Positions 36,196 to 46,957 of a DNA stretch of 64,000 bases are shown here, in pieces (position 1 is the first letter of the stretch; every line of letters begins with the position of its first letter). The stretch lies in the NCBI GenBank assembly GCA_018304425.1, contig JAGVWE010000002.1, positions 1 to 64,000 of the forward strand, read 5' to 3'. Under the pieces are notes generated by a model. That model was given only the letters and a program-made list of their open reading frames with translations. It ran no database searches and had not been told where the DNA came from. The position numbers and the translations under genes are program-made. The stretch comes from Candidatus Iainarchaeum sp. GTDB lineage: Archaea; Iainarchaeota; Iainarchaeia; Iainarchaeales; UBA10219.

Positions 36196-36758
36196 AGTTG
36201 GAAGTCGAACGACAGTTGTTTCACCTGGTGATGGGAACTGCCTTCGTTTTGGTCGTCCACTTTTTTGGCGTGCAGGAGACCCTTTACTTTTCCCTGGCCT
36301 TGCTGGCGTTGGGCACGGGAGTGGCTTGGCTGCTGGGAAAGGGCGTGCGTTTGCCGTTCGTCTATGACGCGTTGCGGTTGGCGGAGCGGGAGCACGAGAA
36401 GGGCATCCCTGGTTTTGGCGCCTTCAAGTTCGTGTCCGCGGTCTCGCTGCTCACCCTCTTGTTCCAATCGGAGCGCGTGGTGTTGGGCGCGTTGCTGGTG
36501 CTCGCGTACGGGGACAGTTTTTCGACGTGGGTGGGAAAAAACTTTGGCCGGATTAAGACGGCCGGGAACCGGACCCTGGAGGGAACCGTGGCCGGCGTGT
36601 TGTCGAGTTTCCTGATATTGGGCTTGTTCTTCGAGCCCTTCACGGCCTTTGCCACGGCCTTGGCCGGGATGCTGGCGGAATACCTGCCGGTGGACGACAA
36701 CTACTCGATTCCTCTGGTTTCGGCCGCGGCCCTGACGCTCTTGAAGGGCGGGGCCTAA
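36192..36758 (+). CDS. Dolichol/phytol kinase-family (SEC59) membrane protein
   Basis: RQLFHL, LAYGDSFSTWVG, RTLEGT and DDNYSIP, with hydrophobic segments. Confidence 0.9.
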   Translation: MKLEVERQLFHLVMGTAFVLVVHFFGVQETLYFSLALLALGTGVAWLLGKGVRLPFVYDALRLAEREHEKGIPGFGAFKFVSAVSLLTLLFQSERVVLGALLVLAYGDSFSTWVGKNFGRIKTAGNRTLEGTVAGVLSSFLILGLFFEPFTAFATALAGMLAEYLPVDDNYSIPLVSAAALTLLKGGA

Positions 36759-36810
36759 CCGGCTGCAGGGGCAGGAATAAAAAGGCTTTTGCGCCCAAAG
36801 CCGTAGAGCG

Positions 36811-37004
36811 GCCAGTTGGATTGAGTGAAGCCTACCGCCCCGTCGAGCCACTTCGGGCGAAGACGGGGCACGCCTGCGATGTCAACGGCCCTGGAGGTGG
36901 CCGCCTAATCGGCTGGCGCCTCGGCAGCTGTGCGAGGCCGAAAGGCCGAGCCAGCCCGGTCGAGCCCCGCAGGGGGCGAAGACCGTGCACAGATGTCAAC
37001 TGGC
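36811..37004 (+). ncRNA. Putative structured RNA / hairpin element directly upstream of tRNA-Arg
   Basis: Closing stem GCCAGTTG/CAACTGGC. Two related hairpins GTCGAGCC...GGCGAAGAC, each followed by GATGTCAAC. Stem GGCTGGC/GCCAGCC and a GGCC-GAAA-GGCC hairpin. Confidence 0.55.
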
Positions 37005-37013
37005 TGGGCAGTT

Positions 37014-37088
37014 GAGCGGGTCGTCTAGCCTGGATAGGACAGATGCCTCCTAAGCATCAGATCGAGGGTTCAAATCCCTTCCCGCTCG
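37014..37088 (+). tRNA. tRNA-Arg(CCT)
   Basis: GAGCGGG/CCCGCTC-G acceptor stem, anticodon arm GATGC-CT-CCT-AA-GCATC, T-loop GGTTCAAATCC. Confidence 0.96.
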
Positions 37089-37110
37089 CTACGCCTTTTT
37101 ACAAAAGGTG

Positions 37111-37150
37111 TGCGAAAACGTCCCATGCCATGCATGGGACTGGCTGGGCC
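37111..37150. repeat. REP-like hairpin repeat (second copy at 59270-59309)
   Basis: TGCGAAAACGTCCCATGCCATGCATGGGACTGGCTGGGCC versus TGCGAAAACGTCCCGTGCCACGCACGGGACTGGCTCGGCC, with a compensatory A-T to G-C stem change. Confidence 0.85.
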
Positions 37151-37222
37151 GGCCCTAGCAAACCTTTATTAATTTTAGATTCACTTATTATAGTCAATTA
37201 GTAGGGGTATTAGAGGGGAAGG

Positions 37223-40200
37223 GTGGGTAAAATCAGGGCACGGGCGTTACTGGTTTTTGTCACGTTGTTGGCGCTGGCTTGGATGGCTCAGGGAGCCTTG
37301 GCCGAGGAGGCCTCGTTGGCTGAAAGGCTGGGGTTCACGGCAACCGGTTTCGATTTCGCGAAAGTGGACCTGGTGCTCGCGGCCGGAATCCTCATCGTCT
37401 TGTGCGTGGTGTTGTATGCCGTGCTGGCCGTGTTCTTGAAGCCCCAGCAAGGCCAGTCCTATGAGGCGCCCCAGGAGTTGACCGTGGAAGGAATCACGGG
37501 AGGAGAGACAACGCCGCCCAGGGACGAGTCGAATCCCGTCATGAAATTCTATTATTCGTTGGAGGACGGCTGGTATAATTTCTTGGACGGCTTGAACCAG
37601 GTCATCCCCGTCTACAAAATCATCGACCCCATTGACCAGGTCATCCCGTCCTTTGCCTTGTTCTTGTTGCTCTTGTTGTTGCTGCTGGTTGGTGGCCTCT
37701 ACTGGGGCGGCGCCTTCAATGCTCCGGGCCCGGATGGAACCGGGGGCGGAGTGCTGTGGCCGGTCGTGGACTGGATGGGTTCTCTCCTGGGCTGGAAGAA
37801 GGCGGATGCCGCAGGCGTGCAGTTCCTGGTGAGCGACGAGCAGGCCAATCCCGTGGCGGGCGCGCAGGTCGCCGTGGCCTACGGCGAGCAGGCCGAGAGC
37901 TATTCCACCAACGAGTTCGGCGAGTTCTCCATGCCTGTTTACCAGGCTGAAATCTTTTTGGACGTCCAGGCCGAGGGCTTCGAGCGGTTCTCGGAAAACT
38001 ATTCGGTGAACCGGGAGGGCGTGAACCGGGTTTCCTTGAAGCGCGCGCCGCTCTACTTCGCGGAGAACCGCGTGCTGGAACTCGTCGACGAATTCGGGGC
38101 CAGGGTAACGGAGGCCGTGTTCGTGAGCTTTTCCTGCAGTGGCAGCTATAACGCGCCGGCCAGCCAGTCCACGACCACGGGCGAGGTCAGTGTCACGTAC
38201 ACCGGCAACTGCGGCACCCTGATGGCCAGCATCCGGGCGCAGGGCTTTGAAGACCAGACGGTGCTCATGAGCGGCTCGCGGACCGTGGCCGTGTTGAAGA
38301 AGAAGTCGGCCGACCGCTTGAATGGAAAGCTGAACGTCAAGCTGCTCGGCCCCCAAAGCGAGTCCATGACCGGCATGGAAATCCGGCTGTTTGACAACGA
38401 CAACATCTGGAAGAACACCGGGAAATCGGATGCTGCCGGCAGTTACTCGTTCACGGTCACGCCCGGCACCTATTACGTGCTGGTGCAGGACCTTGCAGGC
38501 AAATTTACGTCCACGCAAAGCAATAAGGTGCCGGTGGACGCAGGCGAAGAAGTCCTGGTGGAAGTCCGGATGAGCAAGGCCGGCACCGATGGAAGCGGAG
38601 GAGACGGGGGCGGAACCACGTGCGCCCCGGGCAAGACATTGTGCGCCAATGGGCAGTGTCAAACGAGTTGCGGGCCCGGGGTGTTGCCGGCCTGTCCAGC
38701 CGGGCAAAACCGGTGCGCGGACCGCACGTGCCAGGCGAGTTGCGGGCCTGGACCCATCAACTGCCCCACCGGCACCAACCTCTGCCAAAACGGGACCTGC
38801 AACGCCACCTGCCCCGTAAACCGGCCAAAACCGATGCGCAGACTACTCCTGCCAGGCCGATTGCGGTTCGGGTCCAGGGGATGGCGGGGAGCCCCGGAAA
38901 GTGGAGTTGAAGCTCGTGGACTCGGGTTCGAGGGCGGGAATACAGGGCGTGAACGTGGACTTGTACTTGGAGGGCATCCAGTTGGTTTCGAACGCGCGCA
39001 CGAACTCGGAAGGCGGGGTCGTGTTCGCGAACGCGGACCGCGTGAAACCGTATTCCATCGTGGCAAGCGGGCACCCCAGTTACGTGATGAAGATCGTCAG
39101 CGGCATCCAATCGCAGTTGCTGAACGCCAATCCCATCGTCATCGAGTTGGAGAAGTTGACTCCCACCAATTCGGGGGAAGTCGCGGTCAAGGTGACGGAG
39201 TTGGGGGCGGGCAACGTCAAGCAAGCCGAAGTGTTCTTGTACAACAAGCTCTTGGCGGTGCCCATCGTGAGGGGCTTGACGGCGGACGACGGCAGCGCCT
39301 CGTTTCCGGGGTTGCCGGCGGGGACGTATTCTGCGATGGCGTCCAAGGGGTTGACGCAGGGAAGGAGCGCGGAAGGCACGTTGGCGGCCGGGAGCCGGCT
39401 GGAGTTGGCCGTGCAATTGGTGTTGATGGAGGGCGGCCTCAAGGCCCGGGTCAAGGACGCGCAAGGCAACGGGGTGCAGGCCGCGAAAGTCGAGTACTAT
39501 AACTTGTTGGACAACCGGAAGGTCGGCGAAGCCATCACGGATGTTACCGGCTTGACTCCTGAAGTCAAGCTGAAGATAAACGTCGTGCCCTATCTCGCGG
39601 TTTCAAAGACCGGCTTCTACACCAAGCGCACGGCGGAAACCGAGTTGACGCCGAATGTGACGAAAACCGTTGACGTGACCCTGTCCAGGGAGCAAGCCAT
39701 GGGCCCTTGTTCGCCGGGACAGGCCTTGTGTGCGAACGGCCAGTGCGCGAACAGTTGCGGGCCCGGGTCGAATCCATGTCAGGCCCCAAACAACCTGTGC
39801 TCGAATGGAACGTGTAGTTCGGCTTGCCCCGTGCCCCTCGACTGTCCAGTAGGGCAAAACCGGTGCGCGGACTTTTCGTGCCAGGCCAGCTGCGGGCCCG
39901 GCATCCATCCGGGGTGTCCTACGGGGCAAAGCATTTGCTTGGATGGTTCTTGCCAGGCCAATTGTGGGCCGGGGCCGTTGCCTTCCTGTCCAGTCGGGCA
40001 GGTCCGATGCAATGACCGCACGTGCCAGGCGAGTTGCGGGCCTGGACCCATCAACTGCCCCACCGGCACCAACCTCTGCCAAAACGGGACCTGCAACGCC
40101 ACCTGCCCCGTACTACTCCTGCCAAACCAACTGCGGACCCGGCAACCTCCCAACCTGCCCAACCGGCCAAAACCGATGCGCAGACTACTCCTGCCAGGCG

Positions 40201-43200
40201 AGCTGCGGCGTGGGGCCGTTGCCGCAGCCGGCCGGGGAAATCTCGGTCCGGTTGCAGGAAATCCTGGCAGAGGACTTGAAGTCCCAGGCCAGGGTGTTTG
40301 CGAAGAACACGGCGTACTGGTTGCGGTTCAGCGAAATCATTCCGAACGAGGACAACAAGCAGGTGCAGTCCGTGGTGCGGACTGGCCTGGAGAGCCAGGC
40401 GGACGCGGTTTCTTCGTTGATGGTGGTGCGGGATGCAAAGGCACCGGGCGTGAGCGTGGTGAAGTCGTCTTCGTTTGACCCCGCCAACAATTATGCGGAC
40501 AAGTCTGTGACGGCCGAGGACGCGAAGCAGGCCCGGTTCGGTTTTGGCGATGCCGGCAAGGGCGAGTACGAAGTCATGGTCAAGTCGTTCATTAAGAACA
40601 CTTCGGAGGCCAATGCCCCGGTCGAGATACGGTTTGGGACGAAGGCGGAAGTGAACGGTGTGCCGGTGGAAAAACCGGCGCCGGGCCAGTTGTACACGCG
40701 TTCCTACCGGCTGGGGGAACTCATTTCATGTGACCCCAATGACGTCGGCTGCACGAACTTCGTGTACGCGTTTTACTTGAGTGACCTGACCGGAAAGCAT
40801 TTTTCGGGGAAAATCCCCGTTTTGCCGGGGAAGAGCGTGGAAGTGTGGCAGGGCCTCACCTATTCCTTGGAGTACCGGATATTCAATGCCCACAAGCAGG
40901 GGAAGAGCCTGAGCAACTCCGTGTTGTCGTTCACGAACGCGGACCATGCCTTGGACGTGGTGCCGCCCTCCATTCCCCTGGCTTCCTTCGAGGTGGGCAC
41001 GAGTGTGAGCGGCAGCGTCAACTTCACGCCCAGGTCCGAGGCCGCCGTGACGAGCCTGGCCGTGTCCCTGAATTCAAGCGAGCCCGATTCAAGGGCTACT
41101 CTTTCGTTCAGCGTGCCGGGCAAGAAACAGTTTGCCGCCGTGCTTTACCCCAAGAAGCTGGTGGAAAACGTTCCGGCCAACGTCGTGCTGGAGGTAAGCG
41201 ATGCCGCGACCCGGGAGCGGGCGGCGAATGCCCTGGTCAAGGTTTCAACGGCCGAGGACTTGTCGAATCCCCTGGCGGCGGCCTTGACGGAAGCCGATGG
41301 CGTGGCCGTGTTCTCGGTGCCGGGCCTGCCGACGGGAAGCCGGTTGTTTGCCTCCGTTGAAAAGGAGTTTTACGCGAAAAAAACCGGTCTCGTGTGGGAA
41401 GTGCTGTCCGCGACCACCAGCTTTGTCCCGGATCCCTCCCTTAATTGCCTGAGTATCTCGCCCGCGAAGCTCTCGGTTCACCGCACGTTTGGCGGGGAGT
41501 TCTCGGTGAGTGCGAGGAACTGCGACGAGGAAGCCGAGTTGTTCGTGTATGAGACCGTGGCAGGAACCCCCTTGAAGCTCGTGAACAAGTCGGAGAGCGG
41601 GGCCCGGCTTTCCCTGACCACCGCGCCCAATGCGAGGCTGCCGAAGAATGGTTCCCTGTCCATTGGAGTCATGACCGAGGGCTCGACCTACCAGGGCGAC
41701 TACCTGGTGAACGTGCGCGCGCGGTTCGCCGGGCAGCAGGAGTTCCGGAACCTGGGACGCGTGGAGGTAACGGTGGGCACGAGCCAGGCCAGCGAGAGCT
41801 GTTATGGGTTGAGCAAGGCGTCCTTCGACATCTTCCACCGGCCGGATGACGCGGTCATCACGAACCGGTGCTTCCAGGCGGTGAACGATGCGTTCACGCC
41901 GAGGCTCACCCTATCGAGCCTCAAGGCCCTGTTGCAGCATGCCGGCCTCTCGAGCCTGGGCAAAATCGAGTTTTATTGGTCGGTGTCAAGGGCCAACCCG
42001 GATGGCTCCAGGGAAGTCATCGTGCCTGCCACGTATGCCGCGATTTCGCCGAAGGAAAACCGCCGCGTGGAGTTGGCGGACATCGAAAGCGAGTTGGACA
42101 GCCTGGTCATCGTGGACGTGGACGAAGGCGTGGACGTGGGAGAGGAAGCGGAAGACGAGGGGGGCGGGGAGGAAATGGAGCTCGAGGTCTTCAATACTTC
42201 GGGGGGTCTGGTGAGCACCGACCTGGAGGGCACCATCGTGGTGGCCGAGTACATTGGCGAAGACACGCAGCAGGACCCCTTGATTGAAGTGCAGGCGCTC
42301 AACAACGACTTGCGGGGCCTGGAGCCCGCCTTGTTGACGGTCACGGATTACGTGAAGGTCGCTGACCTCAAGCCCTTCACTGAGATGGGCTTCAAGTACA
42401 CGGTGACGGCGAGGGGCGAGGGCATCGACGTTGCGAAGATTTTCCTTGGAACCATTTCTGCGGACGGTGAGCGCCATGACCTGGGCGGCTTCAACGTGGA
42501 TGCCTTGGCGGGGTTGCAGGGCGTGACTTACACGGTTTCCAACGACCATGCCTGGGTGCAGACCTTGTTTGCGGGCACGCTGACGAACCAGACCACGAAC
42601 CCGGATGACCGGGTCATCGCGCGTTCGGCGGTGGACGTCTTGAAGAAGCGGGACGTGAGCGTGGCTCTTATTTATGACCCGACTTGGGGGCGGAAGTACC
42701 TGCGGCAGGTGTGCGACAACCTGGGGTCGGTTGGCAATGCGTTCGCGCAGGCCGGCTTCAACGTGGACGCCAAGTTGTATGCCATGGGCCGGAAAAGCAA
42801 GTACGTGAAGTGCGACCACGAACTGCTGACCTGGGCGGATGCCTCGAACACCGCGTATGACCGGGTGAGGGATGACGTGCGGGAGGCCTGGGGGGCTGCG
42901 GTGCAGGATTACTTGAAGCGGTTGGCGCCCTCGGATGACCGCCTGATATACGTATTCGTTTTGGCCAACAATGACCCGACCGGCACCGGTTTGGGGGCGA
43001 GGCTGCCGAAAATCACCGGCGTTTCGGCTCCGGAGAGAAAACGGTCGGACAACTGCCTTGCCAACCTGCGGCAGTATGCCGAGCAGGCCCAGCAACGGCA
43101 GCATTGTGCGGCGAACTGCAGCCAGTATAACCAGGATGGGGGAAGCAAGAGCAATGAGGGCAGCGGCTATGACCCCTGCCTGCAGTGCCGGTATGCCAAC

Positions 43201-45003
43201 TTCCAGTCCCAGGACCCGACTTGTACGAACCTCAGCTTGTCGCGCTGGAGGAAGGGAGGCGAGGAGGTGGTGGCGGAGAACGCCGCCAAGGCCGCCGCGG
43301 AAAAGGGGGCCCAGCTTTACTTCTTTTACCCACGCAAACTCGAACAGCGGTCGAGGAGGGCGTATGGGAGCCGGAAGGCGTTGGACGCCGTGGAAGTCAT
43401 GCAGTTGGCGGCTGACTTGTCCAAGGGCAAGGCCACGAGCATCAAGAACCTGGGCAACATCTCGGTCGACTTGGTGGACACGATCCGGGTCATCCAGAAG
43501 TCGTTGAACCCCACGGCCACGGAGACGTTCCACGTGCTGCTCAGGGCAGGGGACACGGACGTGTGCTATGGGCCCAACGACATCGAGGGCTTGACCGGCG
43601 AGAACGCGTTCCCGCGCGCCTTGTTTTCCTGGAATGCCGCGAAAATCCAGGCCGACACGTGCAGCAAGTCCAGCAACAAGGTTGCCTTCTGTGACGCGAG
43701 CCAGTTCAGCTTGTCGCTTATCAAGCGGTTGCTGCTGGTCCAGCAGTTGTACAAGGAAAAGAAGTACGATGACGTGGAAAACCTCTTGCACGACGAAGTG
43801 TACTTGAAGCCGGATGGTTACACGGCGGACCTGCTGTCCGACCTCGATGAGTACTTGCGGTCGCAGGCGTTCTTTGAGACGCCGAGCGGTTACCTGCAGT
43901 GGCTCAAGGAATACTTTTCGAGCCCGGGCAGGCTCGAGTTCGTTTCCGACAACCATTCCCTTACGCCGCTGCCCTCGGCTGGATTGTACCGCATGGACAT
44001 TTCCATTGAGTTCCCGCCGGGAAAACTGGGGCAGTTCATGGAATCGGATGAGCCGGTTGCGTTCATCACCGTGAAACTCAATGAAGTGGTGGGCATGCCG
44101 ACTTCGAACCTCTTCGAGCGGCTGCCCTTGGACGGCGCCATCGTTGAAACGAGCCGGGAAGGCTATGGGGTGAGCTATACGGGCGACCGGGTGCCCATCC
44201 GCTCGGATGAGGGAGTGGAGGCAAGACCCATTCCCGGCAGCGATAACCTGGCATTGGTGAGGGTAGCGCATCGGACGGACTTCGAGTACCTGAACAACGA
44301 GGCGCGGTCGTTCGTCTTCCACGCGAAGGACAACCTGGATGGAACCGTGGACTGGGTGTTCAGCCCGAGCCATGCCGCGCCCGCCTTGTTGAAGGTCGAG
44401 GGCCGGCCCGAGCGCGCGGAAGCATACTACAAGGTGGTGGACGCGCAGGGGGCAAGCGTGGACGTGGGCGCGTTTGGCTCGCTGTGGACGGGAATCGCGA
44501 GCAGCCTCTTCAATTGCGCTGACTTTTCGGGGAAGCGGGTGTTTTACAAGCGCGCGGACGCCCGGAACGCGGGTTGTGCCAAGGAGAAGAGTGGTTACAA
44601 TTACGGGTTCAGCTGGCTGCCAACGGGCGGGCAAGCGGTCTTGGATGCTGGCGCGGTTTACCTGCGCACGATTTTCTACACGCCGGTGGACCAGGTGTAC
44701 AGCGTCAAGAACGTGTGCGCGTCGGGTGAGCCCCTGATTGTTTCGACGGCGCAGACCCTGGACAACTTCGACGAATTCATTGGCTTGAAGCACAACCTGG
44801 AGGCAACCACGTTGAGCGACATGTTCGAGAAGGTGAAGGCGCGGAAGATGTGCTTGAAGGCGAGCGACAACGAGGTAAGGCTTTGGTGGAACGAGGACGA
44901 GTTGTACAAGGAACTGGCAGCGAATTACAACGATCACTTCGATTCCCTGGCCGAGGGCAACGCGGACTTCCAGGCGTGTGGCCCGGAAGCCGCGCAAAAG
45001 TAG
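37223..45003 (+). CDS. Giant (~2,590-aa) membrane-anchored surface protein with carboxypeptidase-regulatory-like domains and Cys-rich repeats, broken by two +1 frameshifts (~38819, ~40113)
   Basis: N-terminal TM helices, repeated beta-sandwich motifs (V.DEQANPVAGAQV, V.DAQGNGVQAAKV, PGTYYV) and CPxGQxRCxDxSCQASCGPG repeats. Coding signal passes from ORF 37223 to ORF 38901 to ORF 39943. Confidence 0.8.
38714..40199 (+). repeat. Near-identical DNA blocks shared by the two Cys-repeat arrays
   Basis: About 100 bp GACCGCACGTGCCAGGCG...GCCACCTGCCCCGTA at ~38720-38818 and ~40014-40112. AACCGGCCAAAACCGATGCGCAGACTACTCCTGCCAGGC at ~38819-38857 and 40161-40199. Confidence 0.9.
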
Positions 45004-45085
45004 GGTGCTGCGATTTCGACAGTAGTTTAAACCTGGCAGGACAGTTGACGAAACGCTTTTAAAGGGTAAAGCCCTATATTTGGCT

Positions 45086-45796
45086 ATGGCTGAAAAGCTG
45101 GACACCATTATTGCCGGAGAAATAGCCCTTTCCAAGGATCCTGGCGGGTCCATGAAGAAGTGGCGGGAAATCTTTGGCATCAGCCAAACCGAGTTGGCCG
45201 AGTACCTGGATGTTTCGAGTTCCACCATTAGCGATTACGAGGGCGGAAGGCGCAAAAGCCCGGGAATTGCTGTGGTAGCGCGTTTGGTGCAGTCATTGCT
45301 GTCACTCGACGAGAAACGAGGCGGCAAGATAAGAAAACAGTTGGAAAAGGACTTTAAACCGAAGGAAGACGTGTTTGACACGCATGAATTCACGGCCTCC
45401 CTTAACGGAAAAGTGTTTGCCGAGAAGATTGGGGCCACTTGTGTCGCCAACCCGGGCCGGCTCAAGGAAACCAGCGTCTACGGTTATACAGTCATCGACA
45501 GCCTCAAAGTCATCCTGGACGTTCCCGTGCACGAGTACATGCAGTTGTATGGGAAGACCCCGGAACGGGCCCTGGTGTTCCAGCACGTGGAAACCGGGCG
45601 AAGCCCCCTCATCGCCGTGAAAATCGGGCGCTTTTCTACGGACATGCGGCCCAACATCGTGGTCCTGCACGGGCTCGCCCACGACAAGGTGGATCCCATC
45701 GCGGTGAAAATCGCGGAGTCGGAGAAAATCCCGTTGCTGACCACGGAAATGCCAATAGAAGAAGTCGTGAAGGGCCTGAAACGGTTCGAGCCTTGA
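45086..45796 (+). CDS. Archaeal XRE-HTH transcriptional regulator (COG1709-like)
   Basis: IAGEIALS..PG, SQTELA...SSTISDYEGGRRKSPG, YGYTVIDS and GRSPLIA. Confidence 0.9.
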   Translation: MAEKLDTIIAGEIALSKDPGGSMKKWREIFGISQTELAEYLDVSSSTISDYEGGRRKSPGIAVVARLVQSLLSLDEKRGGKIRKQLEKDFKPKEDVFDTHEFTASLNGKVFAEKIGATCVANPGRLKETSVYGYTVIDSLKVILDVPVHEYMQLYGKTPERALVFQHVETGRSPLIAVKIGRFSTDMRPNIVVLHGLAHDKVDPIAVKIAESEKIPLLTTEMPIEEVVKGLKRFEP

Positions 45797-45806
45797 ATTG
45801 ATTCCA

Positions 45807-46232
45807 ATGAATGGGGAATTCTTCCGGCCCACTAAAAGAAAAATCTTGCTGGGGCTCGCCCTCGCCGCGTTCTTCTGGTTCTTTCCCATCGCGAGCAAAA
45901 GCGTAGTGGCCTTCCCCTTTTTCAGCCTCACTTCCGCGGAACTCTCTGTTGCGCTGAATGTCCTCGCCGCTTACGTCTTTGGATGCGCCCTCGCCGCCAA
46001 TTTTGGAAACAGAAAGCGGTTGATCATCGTTGCCCTCGCACTCGTCCTCATCTACCTCGCAGTGCCAAAGATAGCGTCCTACTCGGTTGGGGACATCGGT
46101 GGGAGGACGGAAACCTACTGCGATTGCGTTGGGGTTCAGGTTCCCATCAGCCAATGCTGTGGTTCCGGCGTCGACTACTGCATTGGAGTCTGCCAGCGGG
46201 ACGAGAAGATTGAGCGGTGGCCCATTGGATGA
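45807..46232 (+). CDS. Membrane protein with a Cys-rich extracellular tail
   Basis: FFRPTKRKI leader, three hydrophobic segments and CDCVG...CC...YCIGVC. Confidence 0.7.
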   Translation: MNGEFFRPTKRKILLGLALAAFFWFFPIASKSVVAFPFFSLTSAELSVALNVLAAYVFGCALAANFGNRKRLIIVALALVLIYLAVPKIASYSVGDIGGRTETYCDCVGVQVPISQCCGSGVDYCIGVCQRDEKIERWPIG

Positions 46233-46241
46233 ACCGCCGGC

Positions 46242-46946
46242 TCACTTGACGCGCACGCAGAACGTGTAGCGCTTTTTTTCCTTGCCTGACTTGTTCACGC
46301 CCATCAGCTTGAAGGAGCGCGTGATTTTCCCGTGGGTTTTCCGCGCCAGCAACAGGGACAATTTCTTGCCCGCGTGCTTGGAGCCGATGAAGAAATCCAG
46401 CCCTTTCGGGACGACAAAGGAGTCGATGAGGCCCGACAACGGGTCTTCTTCCCGCATGCGGTCGAGCTCGGCCTTCACCAACGACCGGTAACCGTGCACC
46501 TCGTCGTTTTCCAGGTCCTTCGGGAACCGCAACTGCACGATGGACTCATGGTAGTAGGAGGAGAGCTTCATGCAGGAATCACAGGTGCCGCTCAGGGGCT
46601 TGATGAGCGTGAGCCGCTGGACGGCGACTTCGGCGCCGTCCATTTTTCCGCGCACGGTGACCAGCGCCTGCGTGGTCCCATTCTCCTGGGGCGAAAGCTC
46701 CACGGAGAACCTGGGTGAGGCCAGTTCCCGGACCCTGGCCTTGGAGACGAGGATGGCCTGGAGGTCGGCTTCCGACTGCCCGACCCATTTCTCGCGGAAC
46801 CGCACCTTGTTGCAGTGCGGGCAGTGGGGCAGTTCCACCACGGGCGGCAGTTCCAGCAGCTGCCGCGCCTGCGTGAAGCACTTCACGCAAAAATTCTTCA
46901 CGAACGGCCCCTGTTCGGAACCGCATTGGGGGCAAAAATTCTTCAC
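46242..46946 (-). CDS. nmd3: NMD3 ribosome biogenesis factor
   Basis: Four CxxC pairs (FCPQCG, FCVKC, CPHC, CDSC), YHESIVQLR, GLDFFIGS and RYTFCVR. GTG start at 46946. Confidence 0.9.
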   Translation of the reverse strand: MKNFCPQCGSEQGPFVKNFCVKCFTQARQLLELPPVVELPHCPHCNKVRFREKWVGQSEADLQAILVSKARVRELASPRFSVELSPQENGTTQALVTVRGKMDGAEVAVQRLTLIKPLSGTCDSCMKLSSYYHESIVQLRFPKDLENDEVHGYRSLVKAELDRMREEDPLSGLIDSFVVPKGLDFFIGSKHAGKKLSLLLARKTHGKITRSFKLMGVNKSGKEKKRYTFCVRVK

Positions 46947-46957
46947 GGCCAGGCCCT

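Noticed and set aside
36811-37004. SRP RNA or RNase P RNA
   Set aside because: No CAGG..GRAA..AGCA SRP54 motif and no complementary RNase P P4 strands were found by eye.
38620-40200. Diversity-generating retroelement TR/VR pair in the Cys repeats
   Set aside because: The duplicated blocks are identical rather than differing at adenines, and no reverse transcriptase is present.
41986-45228. Long antisense ORFs (1080 aa here; also 1466-3136, 5045-6511, 9251-10579, 54915-56312)
   Set aside because: These are shadows of real genes on the opposite strand in GC-rich DNA and carry no recognisable motifs.
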